This document shows, in pieces, positions 1-7,841 of a DNA stretch of 32,000 nucleotides. The stretch lies in assembly GCA_016933055.1 (NCBI GenBank), contig JAFGBS010000002.1:60001-92000 (forward strand), in the 5' to 3' direction. A program made the position numbers and the translations under genes. Origin of the DNA: Promethearchaeota archaeon. Its GTDB lineage: Archaea; Asgardarchaeota; Lokiarchaeia; Sigyniarchaeales; Promethearchaeaceae. The stretch's first letter is position 1. Each line of letters begins with the position of its first letter. A model generated the notes under the pieces. The model searched no databases, was not told the origin of the DNA, and saw only the letters and a program-made list of their open reading frames with translations.

Positions 1-1
1 T

Positions 2-730
2 AAGAGCATTAAGGAATGGGGTCAACCTGCAATCTTTGAGTTATGGCCCGAACGTTATTATTACTTCATCTTGAAGTTTGAGTGGCCCGTAATTGATTCT
101 CAAGGCAAATCTGCAACGCTTTCTACCATCCAGATCGATGTAGAATCAAGCCAAGATTATATCGAGCAGTTTGGTGAGAAACGTCAAAAGTATAATATAA
201 TATACACATCAAAAGATGGTAGTACGGGTCATCCGATTATTTTACATACCAGCCCCTCTGGGGCGTTCTGCCGAATCATCTGGGCATTGCTGGAATCTAA
301 TGAAAAATATAAAGATGAGATAGTTACAGGATTTAAAACATGGCTCTCACCGGTACAAGTGCGAGTTATTCCAATTACGGATAAAGACAAGAGATATGCC
401 GAAAAAATTATGATAAAACTAAATGATGTGAAAATTCGAGCAGATTATGATGATCGGGATGAGAAAATAGGCAAAAAAATACGCTCAGCGGAAGTAGAAT
501 GGATCCCATATACAATTATTGTCGGATCAAAGGAACGGCAGAACAATACAATTTCAGTACGGAAACGATTAATCGGTGAAAAACTGGTAGACAATAAGAC
601 TAACGAACAAATTCAAGATATAAAATTAGCAGATTTGAAAAAAATTATTAACAAGGAACTTAAGGGTTTCCCACGTAAAGAACTTCCCATACCCTTCCGG
701 TACTACAGTAAAAAAATCAGTTTTCGATAA
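2..730 (+). CDS. thrS: Threonyl-tRNA synthetase, C-terminal part (5'-truncated by the window edge)
   Basis: The frame is open from position 2 (KSIKEWGQPAIFELWPERYYYFILKFEW...). It contains the class II motif-3 region HTSPSGAFCR, WLSPVQVRVIPI and the anticodon-binding domain (DDRDEKIGKKIRSAEVEWIPYTIIVG). Confidence 0.93.
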   Translation, partial: KSIKEWGQPAIFELWPERYYYFILKFEWPVIDSQGKSATLSTIQIDVESSQDYIEQFGEKRQKYNIIYTSKDGSTGHPIILHTSPSGAFCRIIWALLESNEKYKDEIVTGFKTWLSPVQVRVIPITDKDKRYAEKIMIKLNDVKIRADYDDRDEKIGKKIRSAEVEWIPYTIIVGSKERQNNTISVRKRLIGEKLVDNKTNEQIQDIKLADLKKIINKELKGFPRKELPIPFRYYSKKISFR

Positions 731-774
731 AATCTGCTGTGTATTTTTATTTTTCATTCTCCTTATTAGCTCTT

Positions 775-1536
775 ATGAAAGTTATTTTTCATGAAGATTT
801 TTATAATGTTTATGAATCCGATCCCGCTGCGGCGGCTGGTAGATTAGAGCCTATTGTGCGAAAGATACTTGATGATCCATTCTATCAGCTCATAGAACCA
901 GTACCTGCAAAGAAGGAAGATATTTTACGAGTCCATACTGAACGACATTTTCAACGGATTCAATCAGATGCCTATGTATTTCTCATGGCGATGTTGGCAG
1001 CTGGTGGAGCGATTCAAGCCGCAGATATTGCATATACGGAAAAGACAGCAACATTTGGATTAATTCGCCCTCCAGGACATCATGCAAGCCGAGATTCGTG
1101 TTGGGGTTTTTGTTTTTTTAATAATATTGCAGTCAGTCTGTTATATTTAATGCAGAAATATCCTATTCATTCTGCATTTATTCTTGATTTTGATCTTCAC
1201 ACCGGAGATGGAAATATTAATATTTTGGAGGGATATCGGGATGTCTACATTCTTAATCCCTATTCCCATGATGAAATCAAATATGTCCGAGAAATTGAGG
1301 AAAAATTACTTAGTTTAAAGAATGTTGACATTTTTATTTGCAGTGCTGGGTTTGATAATGCTCAAGGGGATTGGGGAGGAGTATTATCTACGGAATCTTA
1401 CCATAAAATTGGTATGCTACTTAAGAAATACAGCCAGAAACTGTGTGAAGGTCGTCGTTATGCTTTACTAGAAGGAGGATATAACTATTCATTAATGCCA
1501 ACCAACTTTGATGGTTTCTGTAAGGGATTTGGATGA
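775..1536 (+). CDS. Histone deacetylase-family (HDAC/AcuC-like) Zn-dependent deacetylase
   Basis: Motifs RPPGHHA, GFCFFNN, DFDLHTGDG, SAGFD and LEGGY. ATG at 775 (MKVIFHEDF) is preferred over the GTG at 739. Confidence 0.9.
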   Translation: MKVIFHEDFYNVYESDPAAAAGRLEPIVRKILDDPFYQLIEPVPAKKEDILRVHTERHFQRIQSDAYVFLMAMLAAGGAIQAADIAYTEKTATFGLIRPPGHHASRDSCWGFCFFNNIAVSLLYLMQKYPIHSAFILDFDLHTGDGNINILEGYRDVYILNPYSHDEIKYVREIEEKLLSLKNVDIFICSAGFDNAQGDWGGVLSTESYHKIGMLLKKYSQKLCEGRRYALLEGGYNYSLMPTNFDGFCKGFG

Positions 1537-1944
1537 TTAATCATCCTTTTTTCTGAAATCCAGTGAGATGGAGTTAATGCAATAACGTAATCCACCTTTA
1601 TTTCGTGGGCCATCATTGAATACATGGCCGAGGTGTGATTTGCAAGAGCCACAAAGAACTTCCGTACGGACCATGCCATGGGACGTATCCCGTTGTTCAA
1701 CAATGGCATCATCACTCACAGATTCGTAGAATGATGGCCATCCGCTTCCTGATTCGAATTTGGCGTTAGATTTAAACAATGGAGCACCACAAGCACCACA
1801 TACATATACACCTTTCTCTTTGTTATGTAAAAATTTACCCGTACCAGGGGGTTCGGTCCCTTTTTCACGCAGGACTCTAAATTGTTCAGGGTTGAGGATT
1901 TTTCTCCATTCCTCGTCTGATTTTTCTAAGTTTACCTTTGTCAT
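1537..1944 (-). CDS. msrB: Peptide-methionine (R)-S-oxide reductase MsrB
   Basis: GTEPPGTG, two CxxC Zn motifs (CGAC, CGSC), [17 protein letters not shown] and catalytic RYCINS. Confidence 0.97.
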   Translation of the reverse strand: MTKVNLEKSDEEWRKILNPEQFRVLREKGTEPPGTGKFLHNKEKGVYVCGACGAPLFKSNAKFESGSGWPSFYESVSDDAIVEQRDTSHGMVRTEVLCGSCKSHLGHVFNDGPRNKGGLRYCINSISLDFRKKDD

Positions 1945-2063
1945 ATTAAAATAGTTAAATGAAGGTTACCACTTAAACTTCGCAACTTAAGTTTATGAAC
2001 TAAGGTGTTTGTTTCATTAATTTAGGTAGGAAATTCCCCGTTTTTCATTTCAAAACAAAATTA

Positions 2064-2138
2064 ATGTGCCTGATATAAATATTCTAAGGTCGAGGTACTA
2101 GTATGTACAAGTTAGGTACTTGTAGGATAGCTATCTAC
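2064..2138 (+). promoter_or_regulatory. TATA-like box (TATAAATA) followed by stacked dyad elements upstream of NUDIX-thiC
   Basis: TATAAATA 2064-2071; palindrome TACTAGTA 2096-2103; TACAAGT-N5-ACTTGTA 2106-2124; palindrome GATAGCTATC 2126-2135. Confidence 0.45.
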
Positions 2139-2168
2139 TTCAGCCACGAATAGCAGATATGAATCACG

Positions 2169-2660
2169 ATGGATCCATTATCCCCGAAAGAATTAGAAAA
2201 ACTAAAATATGATTTAAGGAAGTACCCCATTCGTCCACATATCGGAGTTGGTGGATTATTCATACATAAAGGGCATATTCTGCTAATCCAAAGAAAATAT
2301 GACCCCGGTGCTCATAAGTGGTCTATCCCAGGAGGTCATTTAAAATTAGGGGAAATGTGTAAAGAAGGTGCAGAGCGAGAGTTTATGGAAGAGACTGCTC
2401 TTAAAGCAAATGCAAAAGACTTAGCAGGGATTATCGATACGGTAATCTATGATGACCAGCATAAAATAAAATATCATTACGTGTTAATTAATTATTTTAT
2501 GGAAGTCATCGATGAACGGTTTTCCGATGATAAGAGGATGCCGAAACTGGAAGCACATTCTGATGCGGAGGATATTCAATTTGTTCTCTTAGAGAACATC
2601 TCAAAATTGGAAATCACGGGATCATTACGAACCCTTCTGCAAGATCTTTCAATTCTCTAA
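2169..2660 (+). CDS. NUDIX hydrolase
   Basis: Nudix box GGHLKLGEMCKEGAEREFMEETAL, plus WSIPGG and YHYVLINY. Confidence 0.92.
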   Translation: MDPLSPKELEKLKYDLRKYPIRPHIGVGGLFIHKGHILLIQRKYDPGAHKWSIPGGHLKLGEMCKEGAEREFMEETALKANAKDLAGIIDTVIYDDQHKIKYHYVLINYFMEVIDERFSDDKRMPKLEAHSDAEDIQFVLLENISKLEITGSLRTLLQDLSIL

Positions 2661-2715
2661 TATTCCATTTTGCTATCCATAGGTTAATTTGGTTTGTGAG
2701 ATTGATCATGTTGTA

Positions 2716-4023
2716 ATGACGCTCCAGATGAAAAGTGCTAAAGCTGGAAATATAAGTCCCGAAATGGAAAAAATCGCGAAAAATGAAAGCATCGATGTCG
2801 AATTGGTAAGGAAAGGTATTGCAAGCGGAAGAATAGTAATTTTCAAGAGTACAACTAGTACCTGTAACCCATTAGGAATTGGAGAAGGGTTATCTGTTAA
2901 AATAAATAGCAATATTGGTGCTTCCCAAAAAGTTTTTGACATCCATCAAGAAGTGGAAAAAGCAAAAATTTCAGAACGATATGGAGCAGACACCATTATG
3001 GATTTAACATCTGGTCCCACCGAACAAGCTATACGCGAAGTGCGTTCGGCAGTTTTGAAAAATATCACAGTACCTTTAGGGACGGTTCCCATGTACCAAA
3101 TTGCAGTTCGTGCGATTGAAAAAGCAGGAGGAATCGTTAATATGACGGAAGATGATATGTTCTGCGTTGTGGAAGAACAGGCGAAAGAGGGGGTAGACTT
3201 TTTCACCATTCATGCCGGAGTAACAAAAACACTTGCCGAATATATTAAAAAACATCCCCGGTTTATGGGCATAGTAAGTCGTGGAGGAACTATAACCGCA
3301 GTTTGGACTTTACAAAACGATCTAGAAAATCCATTCTATTCTAATTTTGATTATTTATTGGAGATGGCTCAAAATTATGATTTTTCCTTATCGTTAGGGG
3401 ATGGATTCCGCCCTGGTTGCATTTTCGATTCTACCGATTACCCCCAAATCCAAGAACTTCTTACCTTATCTCGATTAGTTAAACGCGCGCATGAAAAGAA
3501 TGTTCAGATTATTTGTGAAGGTCCCGGACATATACCTGCTCATCAGATCGCAGAGAATATACGATTACAAAAATCCGTTACCGACGGAGCACCTTTTTAT
3601 GTGTTAGGACCCCTTGTAACGGATATTGCTCCGGGATATGACCATATTGTGGGGGCTATTGGGGGAGTGATTGCAGGTTTGAGTGGAGTAGATTATTTGT
3701 GTTATATTACTCCAGCAGAGCATTTAGGACTCCCCACATTGGAAGAGGTGAAAGAAGGAGTGATTACATTCAAGATTGCTGCCCATGCGATTGATTTAAC
3801 ACGCAATTGGGATCGAGCTTCCGCTTGGGATCAGAAAATGGATAGAGCTCGAAGAGACTTAGACTGGGAGGAGCAAATTAGAATCGGGATTGATCCAGAA
3901 AAAGCTAGATGTATTCGAGAAAGAGACGGTGCTATTGAACGGAATGAACCATGTACTATGTGTGGAAATCTCTGCGCCATCAAAATTCTGGAAGATACAA
4001 TAAAAAAGGATAAAGAGGATTAA
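2716..4023 (+). CDS. thiC: Phosphomethylpyrimidine synthase ThiC (radical SAM)
   Basis: VKINSNIGAS, GADTIMDL, GVDFFTIHAG, SLGDGFRPG, EGPGH, FYVLGPLVTDIAPGYDH, YITPAEHL and C-terminal CTMCGNLC (Cx2Cx4C). Neighbours are thiN and thiW. ATG 2716 chosen as the start. Confidence 0.93.
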   Translation: MTLQMKSAKAGNISPEMEKIAKNESIDVELVRKGIASGRIVIFKSTTSTCNPLGIGEGLSVKINSNIGASQKVFDIHQEVEKAKISERYGADTIMDLTSGPTEQAIREVRSAVLKNITVPLGTVPMYQIAVRAIEKAGGIVNMTEDDMFCVVEEQAKEGVDFFTIHAGVTKTLAEYIKKHPRFMGIVSRGGTITAVWTLQNDLENPFYSNFDYLLEMAQNYDFSLSLGDGFRPGCIFDSTDYPQIQELLTLSRLVKRAHEKNVQIICEGPGHIPAHQIAENIRLQKSVTDGAPFYVLGPLVTDIAPGYDHIVGAIGGVIAGLSGVDYLCYITPAEHLGLPTLEEVKEGVITFKIAAHAIDLTRNWDRASAWDQKMDRARRDLDWEEQIRIGIDPEKARCIRERDGAIERNEPCTMCGNLCAIKILEDTIKKDKED

Positions 4024-4580
4024 TCGACTAAATTTAAAATCAGTTGAATTTTTTCGATTAATTCATCTGAATTCTTAGCAAACAGACGGACCATGGGTTC
4101 TTTTCCCATTTCTCCCGTATCCCATATAATATCGGGTATTTTTTGATATTTTTGATATACATTATTGATGATCCAAGACATAGAGGAATCTTCGGTTTGT
4201 TGAGTCTCCATGGGCTGATTAGTGCGATCGATCTCCACAAGAAGAAGATGTGTGCGGGACAGGTTTTCAATGAGTTTTGGACTGTATCGAATATTAATAA
4301 CTGCTGAAATGGTTGGATCAAACTTTCTGGCGGTAAGTAATAATCTTCCTGTGTGGTTCGTTGCACCGAATGTGATAGGCCCTGCTGCTTTTGGCATACC
4401 TTGCACAATAGTGATTCGGCCATCCACACCAGCAATATCATCAAGAGATGTCGCATCTGGTGAAGCTACAGCGACATTTGTCCGAACCTCTGGAATGAGT
4501 CTAGAAAATTTCTTAGCACTGCTGATAAATTCAATAATATTTTTCACTTTTTCTAGTATTTCTTTGTGTTTTGAACGCAT
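4020..4580 (-). CDS. thiN: Stand-alone archaeal thiamine-phosphate synthase ThiN domain
   Basis: LIPEVRTNV, DIAGVDGRIT, FGATNHTGRLL, AVINIRYS, WDTGEMGKEPMVRLF. ATG at 4580 avoids overlap with the divergent gene, so the longer ORF call to 4736 looks spurious. Confidence 0.85.
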   Translation of the reverse strand: MRSKHKEILEKVKNIIEFISSAKKFSRLIPEVRTNVAVASPDATSLDDIAGVDGRITIVQGMPKAAGPITFGATNHTGRLLLTARKFDPTISAVINIRYSPKLIENLSRTHLLLVEIDRTNQPMETQQTEDSSMSWIINNVYQKYQKIPDIIWDTGEMGKEPMVRLFAKNSDELIEKIQLILNLVD

Positions 4581-4638
4581 GAGGGATTCACTTATAAAGA
4601 GTACAAAATTTTTAGGGAATTGCTTGTAGTATAGTGTT

Positions 4639-5790
4639 ATGCAAGGGTCGATCCCAAATATTGTCTTGGGTAGTATATTTTGTTTTTTTATGATTTTTCT
4701 TTCTGTTTTTATCGTTTTAATTTGGAAATCTTCCAAATTCCAAGGTATTGATCAACGTGTTTTTCTTGGGATCATCACATTTCTATATGGATTATTTGTT
4801 TTGTTAATTTCGTTCGATTTAACGTTGTTTCAGACGCAATTGGTTTTTATATTTAGTATTGGTCTAGTCAATGCATTACTCATCGCAATTTCTTTTGTGA
4901 TCCTATTAGGTTCAAAATATCTCATTGGTACTTTTATTTCTGGTATTTTTTTCATTATAGAAGTTGCTTTCATGATGATTACAACAACTATGCAAGACCT
5001 TTATATCGTTGCAGCTATTCTGATCTCAGTTCCATCCTTATTTTTCATTGTGATTGCTATCTACGCACAAAGTACAGCTAAAAAAAGAGAACTATATTTT
5101 AGTATTATATTTGCGATTTTTGGAATTGCTATTCTATCTAGTACTACTAGTTTGATGCTTATATTTAGTGATTCAGGACATTCATTATGGTTATTGATAT
5201 TATTATTAACCGGAGCCCTCAGCATATTGACATCGGTAATATATTTTCAAAAGGACGAAAGTCGGGGGTATCATCTAGCTTTACGTGTTGCTCTGACAGC
5301 AATGTTTACTGCGTTGGGCGTTGTTCTTAGTTTCATTAATCCTTTTGCGTATTTCGAATTGGGAGGTTTTAAAGTTAATCCGTTTGCTCATTTAATTAAT
5401 GCCATTGCAGGTGTATTTTTAGGTCCATTTTGGGCAGTCCTTGCAGCGTTATTTATAGCAATAATTCGGTTTAGTGTTGGCATCGGAACTATTTTTGCCT
5501 TTCCAGGGGGAATACCAGGGGCTTTAGTAGTGGGAATTGTAGCAGCCGTGATCAGTGCAATGAAACGAGAAAGATTCCGAATTATTGCTTCATTATGTGA
5601 ACCAATTGGAACTGTGGGTATTGGCGCAGTTATTAGTTACGCCTTTATGGGAGCACCTTCGACTATTTTCTTGTGGGGTGGTTTTGCTATTTCCTCAGTT
5701 CTTGGTTCCATTCTTGGTTTTACAATCCTCTTGATACTACGAAAGCGAAACATCAATTACTTTCAATTTGGTGAGAACGCGATTGGGTGA
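4639..5790 (+). CDS. thiW: Membrane protein: about 7 N-terminal TM helices fused to an ECF S-component ThiW (thiazole/thiamine-precursor binding)
   Basis: The C-terminal ~170 aa carry ThiW motifs (ALTAMFTALGVVLS, NPFAHLINAIAGVFLGP, GTIFAFPGGIPGALVVG, EPIGTVGIGA). Residues 5-203 are seven hydrophobic segments not belonging to ThiW. Confidence 0.8.
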   Translation: MQGSIPNIVLGSIFCFFMIFLSVFIVLIWKSSKFQGIDQRVFLGIITFLYGLFVLLISFDLTLFQTQLVFIFSIGLVNALLIAISFVILLGSKYLIGTFISGIFFIIEVAFMMITTTMQDLYIVAAILISVPSLFFIVIAIYAQSTAKKRELYFSIIFAIFGIAILSSTTSLMLIFSDSGHSLWLLILLLTGALSILTSVIYFQKDESRGYHLALRVALTAMFTALGVVLSFINPFAYFELGGFKVNPFAHLINAIAGVFLGPFWAVLAALFIAIIRFSVGIGTIFAFPGGIPGALVVGIVAAVISAMKRERFRIIASLCEPIGTVGIGAVISYAFMGAPSTIFLWGGFAISSVLGSILGFTILLILRKRNINYFQFGENAIG

Positions 5791-6469
5791 AGATGTAGTA
5801 TTTTACTCTAAATATTCACAATTTGGTAGAAATAATATTGTTCTATATTCTGATCCGTACTTATGTCATCAATTGCGATTATTAGCCTTCTCCGAATGCC
5901 TAGGGAAAAGTGTATTACTTTTTGGTGAATCTAATGTGGGAAAAACCGAAATTACTTCTGAATTTCTCTCTTTTGTGCTTTCCTCTTCAAAATTGGAGAA
6001 AATTTATGTTGTTGATATCGGTCCAGAGCGATTTCGGATGGGAGGGTTGGAAATCGGCGGGAAAATATCGGATTTTGATGACACATATCACACAAATCCA
6101 AAAGTTACGACATTTTCCTACCCTATTACCCCACCACGTAGTAATTCAAGTTCTTACTTGGAAATCTACAAAAAATCCTTGCAAAATTATAAAATAATAA
6201 TTAAGGATATGGAAAAAATAGTCGAATACCTTTTTTCACAACAAAGTATTTCGTGTGCTCTTATTATCAATGATCTCAGTATTTTTTTGCATATGGGTTC
6301 CTTAAGGCTAATACGATCCCTTTTAAAAACATCTCATACCATTTTCGTTAATTCCTATTATGGTACGGTTCTTTCAGATGATTTCGGTTCAAATCTTACC
6401 TTTAGAGAACGTGTGTTAGTCAATAGGATGATTCGACATTTTGATTATCCTATTCGCTTAATACATTAG
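5768..6469 (+). CDS. Hypothetical P-loop NTPase/kinase-like protein
   Basis: Walker A VLLFGESNVGKT and Walker-B-like LIINDLS. The TTG/GTG start overlaps the thiW-fusion stop. Confidence 0.65.
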   Translation: MVRTRLGEDVVFYSKYSQFGRNNIVLYSDPYLCHQLRLLAFSECLGKSVLLFGESNVGKTEITSEFLSFVLSSSKLEKIYVVDIGPERFRMGGLEIGGKISDFDDTYHTNPKVTTFSYPITPPRSNSSSYLEIYKKSLQNYKIIIKDMEKIVEYLFSQQSISCALIINDLSIFLHMGSLRLIRSLLKTSHTIFVNSYYGTVLSDDFGSNLTFRERVLVNRMIRHFDYPIRLIH

Positions 6470-7173
6470 CAAGATTGTTCAGAAGTGAGTTTTTCAATAA
6501 TATTCGCTACTTCTTCCAAAATTTTTGATAATTTAGACTTGGATAGAGAATCCCGGGATGATTCATTCAAGATCATTGTAAGATTTTGATAGGATCGCTG
6601 ATAAGCCCACAACGCTTTATCATCCAATCCTAAACTTTCAAAATCCTTTCCAAGGTAATAAAAAGCAAGAGGATACTTATAATTATTTTTGATTAAGCGC
6701 ATGAGAGTTGCTACGGAAAGGTCATACCGGCCACTGAGAAAATAAGTTTTTCCCAATAAGAATTTGGCTTCCTCATTGCTTGGATCGTCATGATCCAATA
6801 CATCAAAAATAATATTTAGACTCGCAGCGTATTTCTGTTCTAAGAGGAGCTTTTTTGCTCGGTTCAGTTTATCGATAACTACCACACATTCTTCAATTTC
6901 TGCTTCTTCATGCGGTATATCTGGGGGTAGTACTTCCTCAATTTGGGATTTTTTGGAATATCGATCCAAAATAACCTCAGAATATTTCGTATTACACACA
7001 GGACAGAATTCAGATTGTATCAGCCACATCTTTAAGCAAGGATCGATATGGAGATAATGCCCATTGTCACATGCCACATAATTTGCATCCTCTAGGTATT
7101 CCTCAGGATTTAATACTATTTTAGTATGGCATACAACACAACTGATCTCTGAATTCATGTATATCACGTACAT
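6466..7173 (-). CDS. RING-H2 finger plus TPR-repeat protein (putative E3 ubiquitin ligase)
   Basis: C12-x2-C15...C35-x3-H39-x2-H42-x3-C46-x3-W50...C57-P-x-C60, an acidic linker, then about 3 TPR-like helical pairs (AKFLLGKTYFLSGRY, AFYYLGKDFESLG). Confidence 0.8.
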   Translation of the reverse strand: MYVIYMNSEISCVVCHTKIVLNPEEYLEDANYVACDNGHYLHIDPCLKMWLIQSEFCPVCNTKYSEVILDRYSKKSQIEEVLPPDIPHEEAEIEECVVVIDKLNRAKKLLLEQKYAASLNIIFDVLDHDDPSNEEAKFLLGKTYFLSGRYDLSVATLMRLIKNNYKYPLAFYYLGKDFESLGLDDKALWAYQRSYQNLTMILNESSRDSLSKSKLSKILEEVANIIEKLTSEQSC

Positions 7174-7181
7174 CGAAGGTC

Positions 7182-7236
7182 ATTCCAAAATGGTTTTGGA
7201 ATACCAATAAATAAAACGTACAGTTTGTCTACTGTA
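7182..7236. promoter_or_regulatory. Two inverted repeats upstream of the RING-TPR gene
   Basis: ATTCCAAAA-TGG-TTTTGGAAT (7182-7202) and TACAGT-N6-ACTGTA (7219-7236). Confidence 0.4.
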
Positions 7237-7312
7237 AACCACCTCAATATAAAAAAGGAATCAGTATTAGGTGGAAATCAGTGTAGTGAATATTGCTCCT
7301 GAATTCTACGAA

Positions 7313-7633
7313 CTATTTTTCTTCGTCTTTTTTCGCAATTTCGATCTCAATGGAAGAAACGTTTGAAACTTTACCATCGGCGTTTTTTAATTGTTCTGTG
7401 CTTAATCGGATATCAACGTAGATTGCATTGGTTACAAATTTCTTTTTTAGGATTTCTGCTACATCTACTGCTCTGCTAATTCGCTTGCCGCGTGCCTTGA
7501 TCGTACAGTGTTTAGCCTTACCCGTTTCCTCATCTTCCTCATTTAAAATAACCATTGCGGCCATTACATAATTCATAATAGGTCGTGTGCCGATGTATAC
7601 GCTCTGATCATTATCTTTATCATTTCTGGTCAT
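7313..7633 (-). CDS. albA: DNA/RNA-binding protein Alba, paralog A
   Basis: VYIGTRPIMNYV, IKARGKRISRAVDVAEI, VSNVSSIEIEI. Confidence 0.95.
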   Translation of the reverse strand: MTRNDKDNDQSVYIGTRPIMNYVMAAMVILNEEDEETGKAKHCTIKARGKRISRAVDVAEILKKKFVTNAIYVDIRLSTEQLKNADGKVSNVSSIEIEIAKKDEEK

Positions 7634-7701
7634 ATCTTTTACCTCTCGAGAGTTATATCACTTTTTCTAATGTGTTAAATTGGTTTGTCGCTATGTTGGT
7701 G

Positions 7702-7755
7702 TTGTCGTTGTACAGCTTTACGACTTGTAACTTTTATATGCAGACCGTATTTAAA
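7702..7755 (-). promoter_or_regulatory. Alba paralog A promoter/leader motif
   Basis: On the minus strand: TTTAAATA box (7755-7748), 20 nt, then CAAGTCGTA-N10-ACGACAA. Confidence 0.5.
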
Positions 7756-7841
7756 ATTTTTGAAAACTATCGAATGAATCTTGTGGGGGGGAATTTGCTT
7801 CACAATTCATGGAAAAAGGAAAAATAGAGAAGAATTGTAGT

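Noticed and set aside
1945-2715. TPP riboswitch upstream of thiC
   Set aside because: No match to the conserved CUGAGA / ACCUGAU / AGCGUAGG-type TPP aptamer core on either intergenic stretch.
2716-4023. BzaA/BzaB (cobalamin lower-ligand) instead of ThiC
   Set aside because: The families are homologous, but the neighbouring thiN and thiW favour ThiC and there are no cobalamin genes nearby.
4581-4736. N-terminal extension of ThiN as a ThiR-type HTH regulator domain
   Set aside because: The extension overlaps the divergent membrane gene, shows no HTH pattern, and a good ATG exists at 4580.
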